In this document: positions 1 through 11,065 of the stretch, piece after piece
Numbering within the stretch: the stretch's first letter is position 1
Layout of the letters: each line of letters opens with the position of its first letter
Source of the DNA: Nemertoderma westbladi
Taxonomy: Eukaryota > Animalia > Xenacoelomorpha
Length of the DNA stretch: 64,000 nt
NCBI GenBank assembly: GCA_032718475.1
Contig: JAUCBJ010003629.1
Location: 21,485-85,484 of the forward strand
Direction of reading: 5' to 3'
Position numbers and translations under genes: made by a program
The notes under the pieces: generated by a model
Seen by the model: the letters and a program-made list of their open reading frames with translations, nothing else
Databases searched by the model: none
Told to the model about the DNA's origin: nothing

Positions 1-135
1 CTACTACTACTACTACTGCTACTACCACTGCTACTGCTACTACTACTACTACTACTACTGCTACTACTACTACTGCTACTACTACTGCTACTACTACTGC
101 TACTACTACTACTGCTACTACTACTACTACTACTG
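1..135. repeat. (CTA)n/(CTG) trinucleotide microsatellite
   Basis: ctactactactactgcta... runs from the window start. Confidence 0.95.
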
Positions 136-700
136 TATTGATTTTACAGAATTAAGTAACTCGAAATAAACAAAGAGTCCAGGGAATAATGATCTTCCAT
201 CGCCTTCGTTTCAGGGATCATGTGGCTCAAATTTCGTCTAAAACGAGATATAGGCTACCTGCTGTCATAGGCATGGTGCTTACGGCGACTCTAATGCCAC
301 ATTCCAATTGCACTGTGTGTAGGCCTACACATACAGCCGGTCAGGCCATAATTGAACATAATTAGTGCGATTTGAAAGAAGTTAATTCAAATTTAAATCC
401 GGAACATTTGATATAATTCAATACACATCATGAGCCAAAACGAATAGGTACAAATTAATTATATAATTATATCAAATAACCTAAGTCAATGTGAAATAAT
501 AAATGTAAACAAATTTTCCAATTATTAAGGGATAGATTATTACGTAATAATGGAAAGAATAAAAAAAGATAAAAAGAAAGAAATGCTATTTATGTACGTA
601 ATTAATAATAATTACGTTATACTGTACGACTTTGGCAGACAGCTAATTTTACTAAGTATATTACTTACAATAATGCTGAAAAATTAAGGTGCCTGTAGCA

Positions 701-1890
701 AAGTAAAAGGCAGTGGAGTGTGTAGAGTAGGCCTACAGTAGAGTGTATTGAGTAGGCCTACAGTAGAATGTGTAGAGTAGGCCTACAGTAGAATGTGTAG
801 AGTAGGCCTACAGTAAAATGTGTAGAGTATGACTACAGTAGAATGTGTACAGTAGACATACAGTAGAATGTGTAGGGTTGGCCTACAGTAGAATGTGTGA
901 GTAGGCCTACAGTAAAATGTGTAGAGTAGGCCTACAGTAGAATGTGTAGAGTAGGCCTACAGTAGAATGTGTAGAGTAGGCCTACAGTAGAATGTGTAGA
1001 GTAGGCCTACAGTAGAATGTGTAGAGTAGGCCTACAGTAGAATGTGTAGAGTAGGCCTACAGTAGAATGTGTAGAGTAGGCCTACAGTAGAATGTGTAGA
1101 GTAGGCCTACAGTAGAATGTGTAGAGTAGGCCTACAGTAGAATGTGTAGAGTAGGCCTACAGAAGAATGTGTAGAGTAGGCCTACAGTAGAATGTGTAGA
1201 GTAGGCCTACAGTAGAATGTGTAGAGTAGGCCTACAGTAGAATGTGTAGAGTAGGCCCACAGTTGATCGGCATGCTGCATTGCTGCTGCATTTTTAAGAA
1301 TGCTGTGCCGGCTTGTCGATAAAATTAAAGTAAAAGGCAGTGGAGTGTGTAGAGTAGGCCTACAGTAGAGTGTATTGAGTAGGCCTACAGTAGAATGTGT
1401 AGAGTAGGCCTACAGTAGAATGTGTAGAGTAGGCCTACAGTAAAATGTGTAGAGTATGACTTCAGTAGAATGTGTACAGTAGACATACAGTATAATGTGT
1501 AGGGTAGGCCTACAGTAGAATGTGTGAGTAGGCCTACAGTAGAATGTGTAGAGTAGGCCTACAGTAGAATGTGTAGAGTAGGCCTACAGTAGAATGTGTA
1601 GAGTAGGCCTACAGTAGAATGTGTAGAGTAGGCCTACAGTAGAATGTGTAGAGTAGGCCTACAGTAGAATGTGTAGAGTAGGCCTACAGTAGAATGTGTA
1701 GAGTAGGCCTACAGTAGAATGTGTAGAGTAGGCCTACAGTAGAATGTGTAGAGTAGGCCTACAGTAGAATGTGTAGAGTAGGCCTACAGAAGAATGTGTA
1801 GAGTAGGACTACAGTAGAATGTGTAGAGTAGGCCTACAGTAGAATGTGTAGAGTAGGCCTACAGTAGAATGTGTAGAGTAGGCCCACAGT
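701..1890. repeat. 25-bp minisatellite (GTAGAATGTGTAGAGTAGGCCTACA) in two ~627-bp higher-order blocks
   Basis: Unit repeated tens of times; aagtaaaaggcagtggagtg starts a block at 701 and at 1328, and both blocks show the same variant units in the same order. Confidence 0.93.
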
Positions 1891-1891
1891 T

Positions 1892-1987
1892 GATCGGCAT
1901 GCTGCATTGCTGCTGCATTTTTAAGAATGCTGTGCCGGCTTGTCGACAAAATTGCGCCGCCACAACTCCCTATCACACATGACATTT
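1892..1987 (-). mobile_element. 3'-terminal fragment of an RTE-type LINE (shorter copy at ~1264-1326)
   Basis: gatcggcatgctgcattgctgctgcatttttaagaatgctgtgccggcttgtcgac nearly identical to 16714-16808, the 3' end of the minus-strand RTE. Confidence 0.75.
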
Positions 1988-2269
1988 CAACTCTGAGTGC
2001 ACTTCACTGCGACCTGCACCTGGCAGCAGGGGTACAGGGCATGACCCAGCAGATGAGCTGCAGAGCCAATGTTGGGTCATGTGCGCCAGAGTAGATATGG
2101 GTGATGGGCCTCATATCTGACTCCACTGCGACACCCACCCTGTGGAATGGCAAACCAGGGTGTGGTATTTGCCCCGAGAGCTGACTCGGCAAAAAAGCAC
2201 CCCCCAACCCCAGGCCTACAGTAGAATGTGTACACCCAGTACAGTAGAAACGAAAATTAATATTCAACC

Positions 2270-2910
2270 AAAATGAAGCCACACATCATTAACCAAACAT
2301 ACGTACTCGACCAAGTACAAAAAGATTTTAGTTCTCTACCAAATTTACGATCGGGGTTGGCATTAAAATCACCAACTATACAACATTGCGAGCCAGAAAA
2401 ATCAGAGAAAATACTATAACATTTCCATAAAATAGTCAACGTTGTCTGTTGAGTCACAAGGCATATATATATTTATCAACAATATCGGTTGAGTATCATT
2501 AACTATTGTTACTCCCATTAACCTCACTGTTGAATTTTTTATTTGTAATTAAAGAGGTTAAAGTCTCCCTCCAAAGAATGGCTAGTCCACCATGAGGTCA
2601 ACCACAGCGTGGACCGTCCTCTAGATCGACAGCTGCCACCCCATCACCTAAAAATCATGGTGAATTTTATTAAGATTAAAAATATCCTGTTTGTACATCC
2701 AAGTTTCTTGCAAAAAAATTATATCATAATTACTGCACAATTCCAATCACGTATAGGTTGTTTCTAATACCCTGGCAGTTATAAGAACAAATTCTCAGTT
2801 TATCATATTGGGCCATTGTTAATACAGTTTTCCTCACTTGCGCCCACCACTCCCACCAATATAACCATAACGTTTAACAATAGTCCCCTCAGGCCAGGCG
2901 TCAGGCTGGC
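2270..2910 (-). pseudogene. Degraded non-LTR retrotransposon fragment (end of ORF1 plus APE endonuclease start)
   Basis: Minus-strand translations give PDAWPEGTIVKR, CSYNCQG, YDIIFLQET and IVGDFNANP, with stops and frameshifts. Confidence 0.75.
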
Positions 2911-3270
2911 TTCGATAGCTTAGCCACCTCACCATCGCACTTTTGTCTTTGTCTCTTGTGATTTGTCTCTTGTAAAACGTAGTCGGTAAAGCGTAAGACC
3001 TAAGATGCGAAAGTACTGGTTTCGATCCCGTATCTGGTCTTTCTATTGTTAAAGTTTACGCAGATTCGTTTACATCTAGGGTGCTAGCATTTCTAGTATA
3101 AAGTTAAAATTGGACCAAAATTGTTCTAAAGCTATACAAGATATTTTAACATTCATATTCCTTATAAAATATGTTTATCACTGATTATTCTTAAAGCTAT
3201 AGAAATAAAAATTATATTTATAATTTTTCAAATTTTTTTTAATTATAAACGTTTTATTTCCTCTTTACAG

Positions 3271-3435
3271 TTGTGCTGATCTACTAGTTGGAACGATAAT
3301 TATACCCTTTAGCTTAGCCAATGATATCATGAAGTTATGGGCCTTTGGCGATATTTGGTGCGAGTTGTGGCTGGCGTTGGACGTGCTTTTATGTACGTCA
3401 TCGATTCTTAATATATGTATGATTGGGTTAGACAG
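3271..3435 (+). CDS. Internal exon of an aminergic class A GPCR (TM2-TM3; alpha2-adrenergic/octopamine-alpha2-like)
   Basis: Acceptor ttttatttcctctttacag ends at 3270, donor gttagt at 3436; encodes [55 protein letters not shown] with the TM3 Asp and the DR of DRY. Confidence 0.92.
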
Positions 3436-4075
3436 GTTAGTGCAAACTAATATACCGCATCTACCGATATTAAATAATGAATTAATAGAGGAAAAAATTG
3501 AAAAAATGTACATGGTTCCCATCCTTACCTTGATGATATCAGTATAAGTAATTGAGATTGATGGGTAAACGATGTAGACATAATTATATATGAGACAGGG
3601 AATATCTTGCATCAATTCGAGGCACCCACCACCTGGCATACATTGTCTAGTCAGTAAACATGATATATTAATTTATTGGAATTGAAGGAACATCTAATAA
3701 AAGTGTAAAATAATGAACCAATTCACTGTTTATTTCATGGAAATAAAATTGCACTTTATTTCCTATCCGCCCATGAGATATATAACTTGGCCAAAAGATT
3801 AAATCCTTCTAAACCTTACATACACGTATGTTTGAGCGGGAAGGTTAAAACTAATGGATATTTTCTCGGAATTACTTTTTTCGCTATTTCAGTTTCTTAA
3901 AATATTAAATCGTCACCGCGTTTCCCGCCATACTACTTTCATCACCCGTCTCGCTTTTCCCGCAAATTCTATAATTTATGGGTCTTTTGAAAAGCATTAT
4001 CATGAAAGAATCTGCATCATCAGGTCCAACACCTGCCCCATGCCAAATTTGGCGCTGCACCAGTATAGGCCATGC

Positions 4076-4168
4076 CTACGACGTTAAATTATGAGACAGT
4101 AGGTCATGCGACGTTAAATTCTGAGACAGTAGGTCCTGCGACGTTAAATTCTGAGACAGTAGGTCCTG
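4076..4168. repeat. 30-bp minisatellite, left part (interrupted by LTR element 1)
   Basis: About 3 units of GACGTTAAATTCTGAGACAGTAGGTCCTGC; array resumes at 15415. Confidence 0.9.
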
Positions 4169-5351
4169 TGTAAAAGCTTTTGTGGGATAACTGATACGTT
4201 TGCCTTTGCTGGCCAGTTCCCCCCCAGTCGCTAGAATACTCTCAAAGGGATTTATAACTAAAATAGTGCAAGCTACCGGCTTATTGGCTGATGTGCTGTA
4301 CGGAGATATCTGGGCTCAGTTTAATCGGCCAACTAGCCTAGAGAGGTTGCCTAAGCCTTGCTGTCCGTGTCGGCCAATAGAATTTGCGTAGGCGTTGATT
4401 TCGACCTATCCCAGCGCTACTGAACTGAATTTCCTATCTCTATGCTCATCCTCTGTGTTGAACGGGAGCTTCGTGGAATAAGGGAGTTGGTATCTTCGTA
4501 TAGAGCAGTAGTCACATGTTTCTGTTGTTGTGTTCCCATTTTTCGCCATAACACCGGCTTTTGGAACAACTCTAGCAAAAACTGCTTAGATTATAGAAAG
4601 TATAACTGTTACCGGCGGTGTTACCTCACTTAATTTAACTGCACTAATCATATTGTTTGTACTGCTATTTACCGTCAGTTATTAATTGTATCGATTTGTT
4701 GATGAAATATTGTCATTTGGAGAATATTGATAAATCACCCAAATTTCCCAATTTCTTGATACACTACAGGTTAGAGAGACAGGCTATATATAACAATTGC
4801 GATTTATATCAATGTGGTGTGTATTGAATCTAATGTTATTTAGTAGACACTACCTGAGTCAATTGCTGTTCTCTTTATGTGTGATCAAATATACTGACGG
4901 TCGGCAGAATAGTGTGCATGATTGTGAGTGTGATGTGACTGGTAACAAAGCATTTCCTAAAGAATGCGACTTATACTTTAATCATAAGCCTTATCGTTGC
5001 GTTTAGTATAAGTCCTAGCTCTGTTTAAATAGATAGAGCGCCACGTCCTAAAGGAACTGTTAATATTTCCCGAAAGCCAATAATATCTGTCAGAAATTAA
5101 TTAATAACGATCTATCGAATAATACAGTAAGTTTACACTGCAACCTTACGCTGCAATAATAAAATTTAAGCAGCCGAATTCAGCCTCCTGGGTGTAGATC
5201 CATCGGGTGAATGATCGCGCATGGGCTGACTTCGGGTAATGTTTTGTATATTAGCATAAAATATTGTCGTATGCTAAAGGTGTTTTAATTAACTAAAAGA
5301 CATATAAATTTTGGCAGGTTAAACTGCTAAAGGTCTTCAAAAGCGCGAACA
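4169..5351 (+). repeat. 5' LTR of element 1
   Basis: Direct repeat of 14232-15414 (offset 10063); I found only 2 substitutions by eye. Confidence 0.96.
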
Positions 5352-7198
5352 GTAACAGTTATAATCTTATTGCAGTAGGCAATAAGGTTGCAAGATACCG
5401 TAGGAACCGGTACTTCTGTAGGTCTGTAGGCCTAACTGTCCTAACCGGTACTGCTGTATAAGTACATTAGTATTATTCGATTTTGATTATTGTATACCGG
5501 TAGGTCTTAGTATTTAATCAGGGAACGGCCGCCCTGATTTTTATTTGAGATTCTACTTATTTCTGTCGGTTTTATTTACTAGTAGGCTAATATTGAGCAG
5601 AAGGCGTGTGACCCTGCTCAGATTGTTCAGATAATTGTAGGCTGAGCTGCTGTCTGACTGTTGTTGAGTTTGGAGAGATTGCGGTGTGTGTAGAGTTGGT
5701 CTGATAAAGTGCCGTTAGTAAGTTGGGGCAGCCATATGCGGTAAGGTCAATCCCCTCTTAAAGAGTAAGTCGTACTACCGTGTTAGAACGCATACTAACT
5801 AACAGTTTCAGAATCTGCACATACTGTAGTTTGTTTAGGCTTGATAGTAGTCTGCCAGCGTTTAGTTTGTATTTTGTTTGAGTATTCTGTACGGGTAGCG
5901 TAATATTTATTATTCAGAGTTTATGCGATTATTCGCAACATTCATGTCCCCAAGTTTATTCCTACAGTAATTGTGCTTGTTATACATACCGTTATAGTTA
6001 AATTAACCTCGGTACTACATCAGGGCTGCTCGGCGTAGGTAAAGACTGGAGATTTTGTGCTTCGGTCACTCCAGCAGATGCCGTGGTTCTTTTAACTGTT
6101 CAAGTATATTTAACTACTGATTATTTGTTATACCGGTACTTGTACCTAATTTAGGGTTTAGTGTACAGTGCTTTCCGAAGTAATTAGTGTAGGCAGTATA
6201 TTTGTGTTGTAAAGTGGTTGATAGGCACATTCGTTAGCTCTATTAGCTTCTGGGTAGGAACAATCCGTGATACATAACGTAGTACCTATAGCGATACGGT
6301 TATAGGTCGTCAGGCGGTGGTATTTTCCTATCTGGACAGTGCAATATATTTACTACTACTTATTATTTTAAATACCGTAGTATCCTGTCTGTTGTAATAA
6401 CCAGAATTCTAACCCTTTGTTAGGCTGGTTTGTAGACTTCCTGTAAAATTACCCTAAAAATTCGTACGTAATATTTTGTTGTTGTGTTTAATTAGAGATT
6501 TAATCTCACTCGTATCGTAAGTAATTTGTAGATAAGTAACTTAGGCCAGTAGAATTATCTGTTTTAGTGTCTCAATAAGTAACACTTCACTGAGAGCGCA
6601 CAGCTTCTGTGTAGTGACTCCCCCAGAAATAATAACATTTATTTCAAATATTGACAAAAACCCATTTTAAACGGGTATATAAATATTATAAATCAACTCA
6701 AACGATTTATAAATAGTAGGCCTGCCATACAACAACTAGGTCTCAATATCAGTTGGACTACTGCTTAAATAACGGTAATAAAGTAAGTTAAAGTAACCAA
6801 GTAACCCTAAAATATTCAGAAATTCAATTATTCTAAAATAATTGACATACCAGTATTTACCATCGGCTTATTATATTTATTTCTATAAATTTGAGCTGAA
6901 ATCATACCGGTACTCTGTAATTAATTCTAGTCCATAATTATACTTATATATACTATCAGTGTAAGCTGTATACCGGTATTCACGATAGGCCTATTATATA
7001 TTTATATATATTTGTGCTAAAATTATATACCGGTACTCTGTGACAAACCTAGTTTACAATACTTATATATACTATAAGTGTATACCGGTATTCTAATATA
7101 TTGTAATTAATTACCGGTACTAGGCTAACAGTGATACTGAATTACTAGACTTGCTTTGACTGTAAAATAGCAATAGGCATTCAACTGTACAATCAAAC

Positions 7199-10100
7199 AT
7201 GTCTGACACAAAACGGGCACTGTCAGATAGTTCGGATCCCCTTCTCATCCTTCCTGTAGCCGTACTCAAAAGGGTATTGATTGCGGTGGAGGAGCACCAG
7301 ATGGATTGGGCGAAAAGTGAGCGATCGACCAAGGATAGTTATGCGGGATACACGAAGGAGGAACTGAAGTCTATTGTCGAGACGCAATGGAATTTCCCCG
7401 GACCCGGACTCCCGTTTAACTTATCGAAAGCTGGCTGGGAGGACTTATACAGGATGGGAGTGGTATGGAACACTAGGGATTCGGCTATGTGGAAGGGGTC
7501 GGTAGCAGAATATGCACAGAGATTCTTCAGCTCTCTGCGGCGATTGGAGGAGCAGCTGTTTCAGCGGCCTTACGGACCTCGGGAGCAGGAAGAGCTGCTT
7601 TATCAAGTTCGCGAACGAGTTCTGTGGATCAGACTAATTCTTTCAGCCTATGAGAAAGTCTCAAGGATAAGCCAAGATACGTCGTTGCGGGTCGCCGTAA
7701 AGACTTTGTTCTGGCGTGTGAGTCTTAAAGTCCAAGCAACGACTCAATGGAAAGCTCTGCTAACCGAGCACATGACCCAAGGAGAATCAACAGATGCCGT
7801 CTTTTCTCAAGTGGAAGGCGAAGCGACGGCAGAGAAACCTCAGAAGAAGGACGCAAGCGTTACGTCACCTGATGAAGGCGATACCACTGATCCTGAAGGC
7901 GGAGGAAATAGATCTCGTTCCAACAGACGGAGAAGAATGCCTCACCGTCAGAAATTGCCTAATCTGCCCCCAGCTGGGAGAAGGCAACTAGCTAGCACAG
8001 ACTTAGGTAGTACAGAACCCACAGACCAAATTATTGCAGTAGAAAGACTCCCTACTGTAGTAGATGAGCCTGAAATAATTAGGCCTGTTCTTGAAATCAC
8101 CCCTTCGGTGATAGAGACACCTGTACTCCCAGAAACTGCCTATAAATTCCCTTTGTACAGTACTAAACTACCTGTGCCCAGTAGGACTGTTCCCGAGTCC
8201 GAACCCGTCCTGGACGCCGAGCGAGAGATCAAGAATTTATCGCCCGTCGTCTCTCGCTCGCCCGCTACTACGTTGGCGACTCCCGCTTCGGCGGTTGAGT
8301 GGGTAGCTGAGGGACGACGGGAGATGGGTCTCCTGCTCGAGCAGCTGAGGGAACACTGTTTGTGCTCCTCTCAGCAAGTCCGGGAAATGGAAGAGACTGT
8401 TCAGCAGCTCAAGGGAACAGTAAGGGAAAGTAGGTTAGAGTTGCAAAAAGTGCAGCAAAGTATCGCACTAGAATGCGACAAATTAGTCAACCTACAAAAG
8501 GGAATACCAATAACCCCTGTAACAGTGTGTCAGCCTGTTAGGTCTGAAGTATTACATGCGCAAGGTGTGGAGCCTACACGCATCTATACTGCTAGTGAAG
8601 TAGAAACTCCTATAGCAAACCCTATTAAGGGTGATTATACGCCTGTTGTTAATGACATTCCCAATAGACCTGATAATAATCCGAGAAATTTATATACCGA
8701 TAACTCGATATTCAATAACACGATGGCCCAAGAAAGTTTTACGCGTCAAATGGCTAGAACCGAAGCCCGTCAAGCGGTAAAGGTTGGAGAGATAGTCAAG
8801 TTCAATGGAGATGAGATGAAATGGTTACCTTTTAATGAATATTATAAAGATAACATACAGAACTCTGTGTTATCCAACGGAGAGAAACTTAGATTCCTCA
8901 TCGAGTGCTTGGAAGGACCTCCCAAGTCAATGGCGTTAAAATTTATTGGACATCCAGATGGATTAAGACAAGTTTGGGATACACTAAACATCAGGTATGG
9001 TAATAGGAATAACATAGCTAGGTATTTATATGCGAAATTAATGGCCCCCCGAAAGTTTCTTAGCAGCGGGATTATAGAGTTTTCCGATGAGATTCAGGAG
9101 ATCTGTAGACAACTAGATTGGTTAGGTAAGTCTCATGAATACCAGAATTCTATGGTTGTAGGAGCCTTAGCATCTACTTTGCCCAAGGGTGGAGTAGGTA
9201 CACGCTGGGACAAGAAGGTGTTATATACGATGGAACAACAACAACGAGACCCTACCATGGCTGATCTCATGTCATTCTTGGATGGCGAAGTGAAATTACA
9301 ACTCCTAAAGCAATCCAGAGAGAAAACACCGGAAAATATGGTAAGTGAGAAACCCGTTTCTAGGAGAAGAGTAACACCGGTGTGTTATACTGATGACGGT
9401 GAAAGCCAAGCTTCTCAAGAAGAAGACAGCGGGAAAGACACCGAGAAATTTTACTATGTTAACAAGACCTCAAAGGACGTAAGTAAATCTAAAGCTCGAA
9501 CCCATGACAGGAGAGAACAGGTTGCTAAGACTCCTCTTCAGTTTCCTAACAGAGTACACGGAAGAAAGCCCGAAGAAAGAACAAGAGTGCATAACGTCAC
9601 CCAAAATAAGGTGAGTAACATTAAACCCAACTGTGCGCTGTGCGACGGGCCCCACCGTTTGAGTGCGTGTGCGGAATTCCTAAAGAAATCCCTTGTAGAC
9701 AGACGTACAGTTGTGTGGGACAAGCGGTTATGCTATAATTGCCTCAGACGCGGACACCAGCGGCGAACCTGTTACTCCGACATAAAGTGTGCAAAGTGCG
9801 GTGCGAAACATCACATCTTGTTACAAAGTGAATTCGAACGAAACAGCCCGAGTCAGGTAAGTGAGCCCAAATCACATGTCCAATTCAGTGATGTGAACGA
9901 CACTGACCAAAGTTCTGAGTGGGAAGGATTCTATACGGACGAATTCTCCGACGCCAACGAATCCTGTTACCTAATAAATACCGCAGTGTATCGAGCACTT
10001 ACTTACGAAAAGGACACCGACAATGAGTTCTCCCCAACTAACTTTGACAGACAACCATCCTGGAAACCTTCAACTTCCAACGTAGGAATCAGAGAATTTC

Positions 10101-11065
10101 CTGTAGTGCAGGTAAGAGTTCAGGGTCCTAACAAAAGTTACATAGTGAATGCCCTCCTTGACTCCGGCAGTACAGGAACATTCATCGATCAAGAACTAGC
10201 CGAAGACATCTTTGCTGGACAACCCAAATTCCGAACTAAGTTAAATATGTCAGGAGTTATACAGGTTTGGAAATCTACCATAACGGCAGATTACTATGTA
10301 GGTGCGTTGTCCACCCCACAGGATAAATTAGGAGAACAAAGTATAAGGTCAGTAAAAATGGTAGCTATAAAGAACTTCGCTAATACCCAAGTAGAGCCTT
10401 ATAACTGGAACGAGGACAAGAGCATCCAACAACTTAAAATACCTCGATTCCAGACGGATTATCCTGGAGTGCAAATACTTATCGGCCAAAACGCGCACGA
10501 GGCGCTCGAGACATTGGAAAAACGACCTGCTCAACCGCAGCCACTACAAACCTATGCGGTAAGAACTAGAGTAGGTTGGTACTTTACTGGCCCTTCCCGC
10601 AGAACTCTCGAAGAGAGACTACCACCAGAAAGAATATGCCAGATAAATGGTTGGGAAGTGGAGAGCAGTGAAGTGGACGAACTAACTGAGGGAACACCAT
10701 ACTCCTCAGATAATGACGATATTAACTCCAATGAAGATCAATGGAGACATCGCCCCGAGATGATTAATCTAGCCGACATCGCTTCCAGAGGAGCGACTCC
10801 TCAAGAACGGATAGATACTCCCGGCTGGTTAGGTGGACCCGACTCCCTAAGTAAAGAAGAAGATGAATGGCCTCCCCACCTTAACCCGGCTGAGATTAGA
10901 CAGGCCAAGGGAGCGGAGAAAGTAACACGACAACCCAATCACCCAGCTGGTCGTTTATGTTTACTGGAAAGAGACCAAAAACTGTCCGGAAACTATGGAA
11001 GGCAAGATACTCTTCCTACGACCACTTCCCTAATCCGACAAATATCTAGGGACTCCATAACATAA
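7199..11065 (+). CDS. Bel/Pao gag-protease polyprotein with RT, most of RNase H and integrase deleted in frame
   Basis: DUF1759-like capsid region (VKFNGDEMKWLPF...EKLRFLIECLEG...WDTLNIRYG), knuckles CALCDGPH..C, CYNCLRRGHQRRTC, CAKCGAKH, protease ALLDSGST, then directly an RNase H C-terminal remnant (NLADIASRG...WLGGP...EWP); no YxDD or DDE motifs. Confidence 0.93.
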   Translation: MSDTKRALSDSSDPLLILPVAVLKRVLIAVEEHQMDWAKSERSTKDSYAGYTKEELKSIVETQWNFPGPGLPFNLSKAGWEDLYRMGVVWNTRDSAMWKGSVAEYAQRFFSSLRRLEEQLFQRPYGPREQEELLYQVRERVLWIRLILSAYEKVSRISQDTSLRVAVKTLFWRVSLKVQATTQWKALLTEHMTQGESTDAVFSQVEGEATAEKPQKKDASVTSPDEGDTTDPEGGGNRSRSNRRRRMPHRQKLPNLPPAGRRQLASTDLGSTEPTDQIIAVERLPTVVDEPEIIRPVLEITPSVIETPVLPETAYKFPLYSTKLPVPSRTVPESEPVLDAEREIKNLSPVVSRSPATTLATPASAVEWVAEGRREMGLLLEQLREHCLCSSQQVREMEETVQQLKGTVRESRLELQKVQQSIALECDKLVNLQKGIPITPVTVCQPVRSEVLHAQGVEPTRIYTASEVETPIANPIKGDYTPVVNDIPNRPDNNPRNLYTDNSIFNNTMAQESFTRQMARTEARQAVKVGEIVKFNGDEMKWLPFNEYYKDNIQNSVLSNGEKLRFLIECLEGPPKSMALKFIGHPDGLRQVWDTLNIRYGNRNNIARYLYAKLMAPRKFLSSGIIEFSDEIQEICRQLDWLGKSHEYQNSMVVGALASTLPKGGVGTRWDKKVLYTMEQQQRDPTMADLMSFLDGEVKLQLLKQSREKTPENMVSEKPVSRRRVTPVCYTDDGESQASQEEDSGKDTEKFYYVNKTSKDVSKSKARTHDRREQVAKTPLQFPNRVHGRKPEERTRVHNVTQNKVSNIKPNCALCDGPHRLSACAEFLKKSLVDRRTVVWDKRLCYNCLRRGHQRRTCYSDIKCAKCGAKHHILLQSEFERNSPSQVSEPKSHVQFSDVNDTDQSSEWEGFYTDEFSDANESCYLINTAVYRALTYEKDTDNEFSPTNFDRQPSWKPSTSNVGIREFPVVQVRVQGPNKSYIVNALLDSGSTGTFIDQELAEDIFAGQPKFRTKLNMSGVIQVWKSTITADYYVGALSTPQDKLGEQSIRSVKMVAIKNFANTQVEPYNWNEDKSIQQLKIPRFQTDYPGVQILIGQNAHEALETLEKRPAQPQPLQTYAVRTRVGWYFTGPSRRTLEERLPPERICQINGWEVESSEVDELTEGTPYSSDNDDINSNEDQWRHRPEMINLADIASRGATPQERIDTPGWLGGPDSLSKEEDEWPPHLNPAEIRQAKGAEKVTRQPNHPAGRLCLLERDQKLSGNYGRQDTLPTTTSLIRQISRDSIT

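Noticed and set aside
4200-5006. Short ORFs duplicated at 14263-15069 (likewise 23631 and 39927)
   Set aside because: Chance ORFs inside LTRs, duplicated only because the LTRs are
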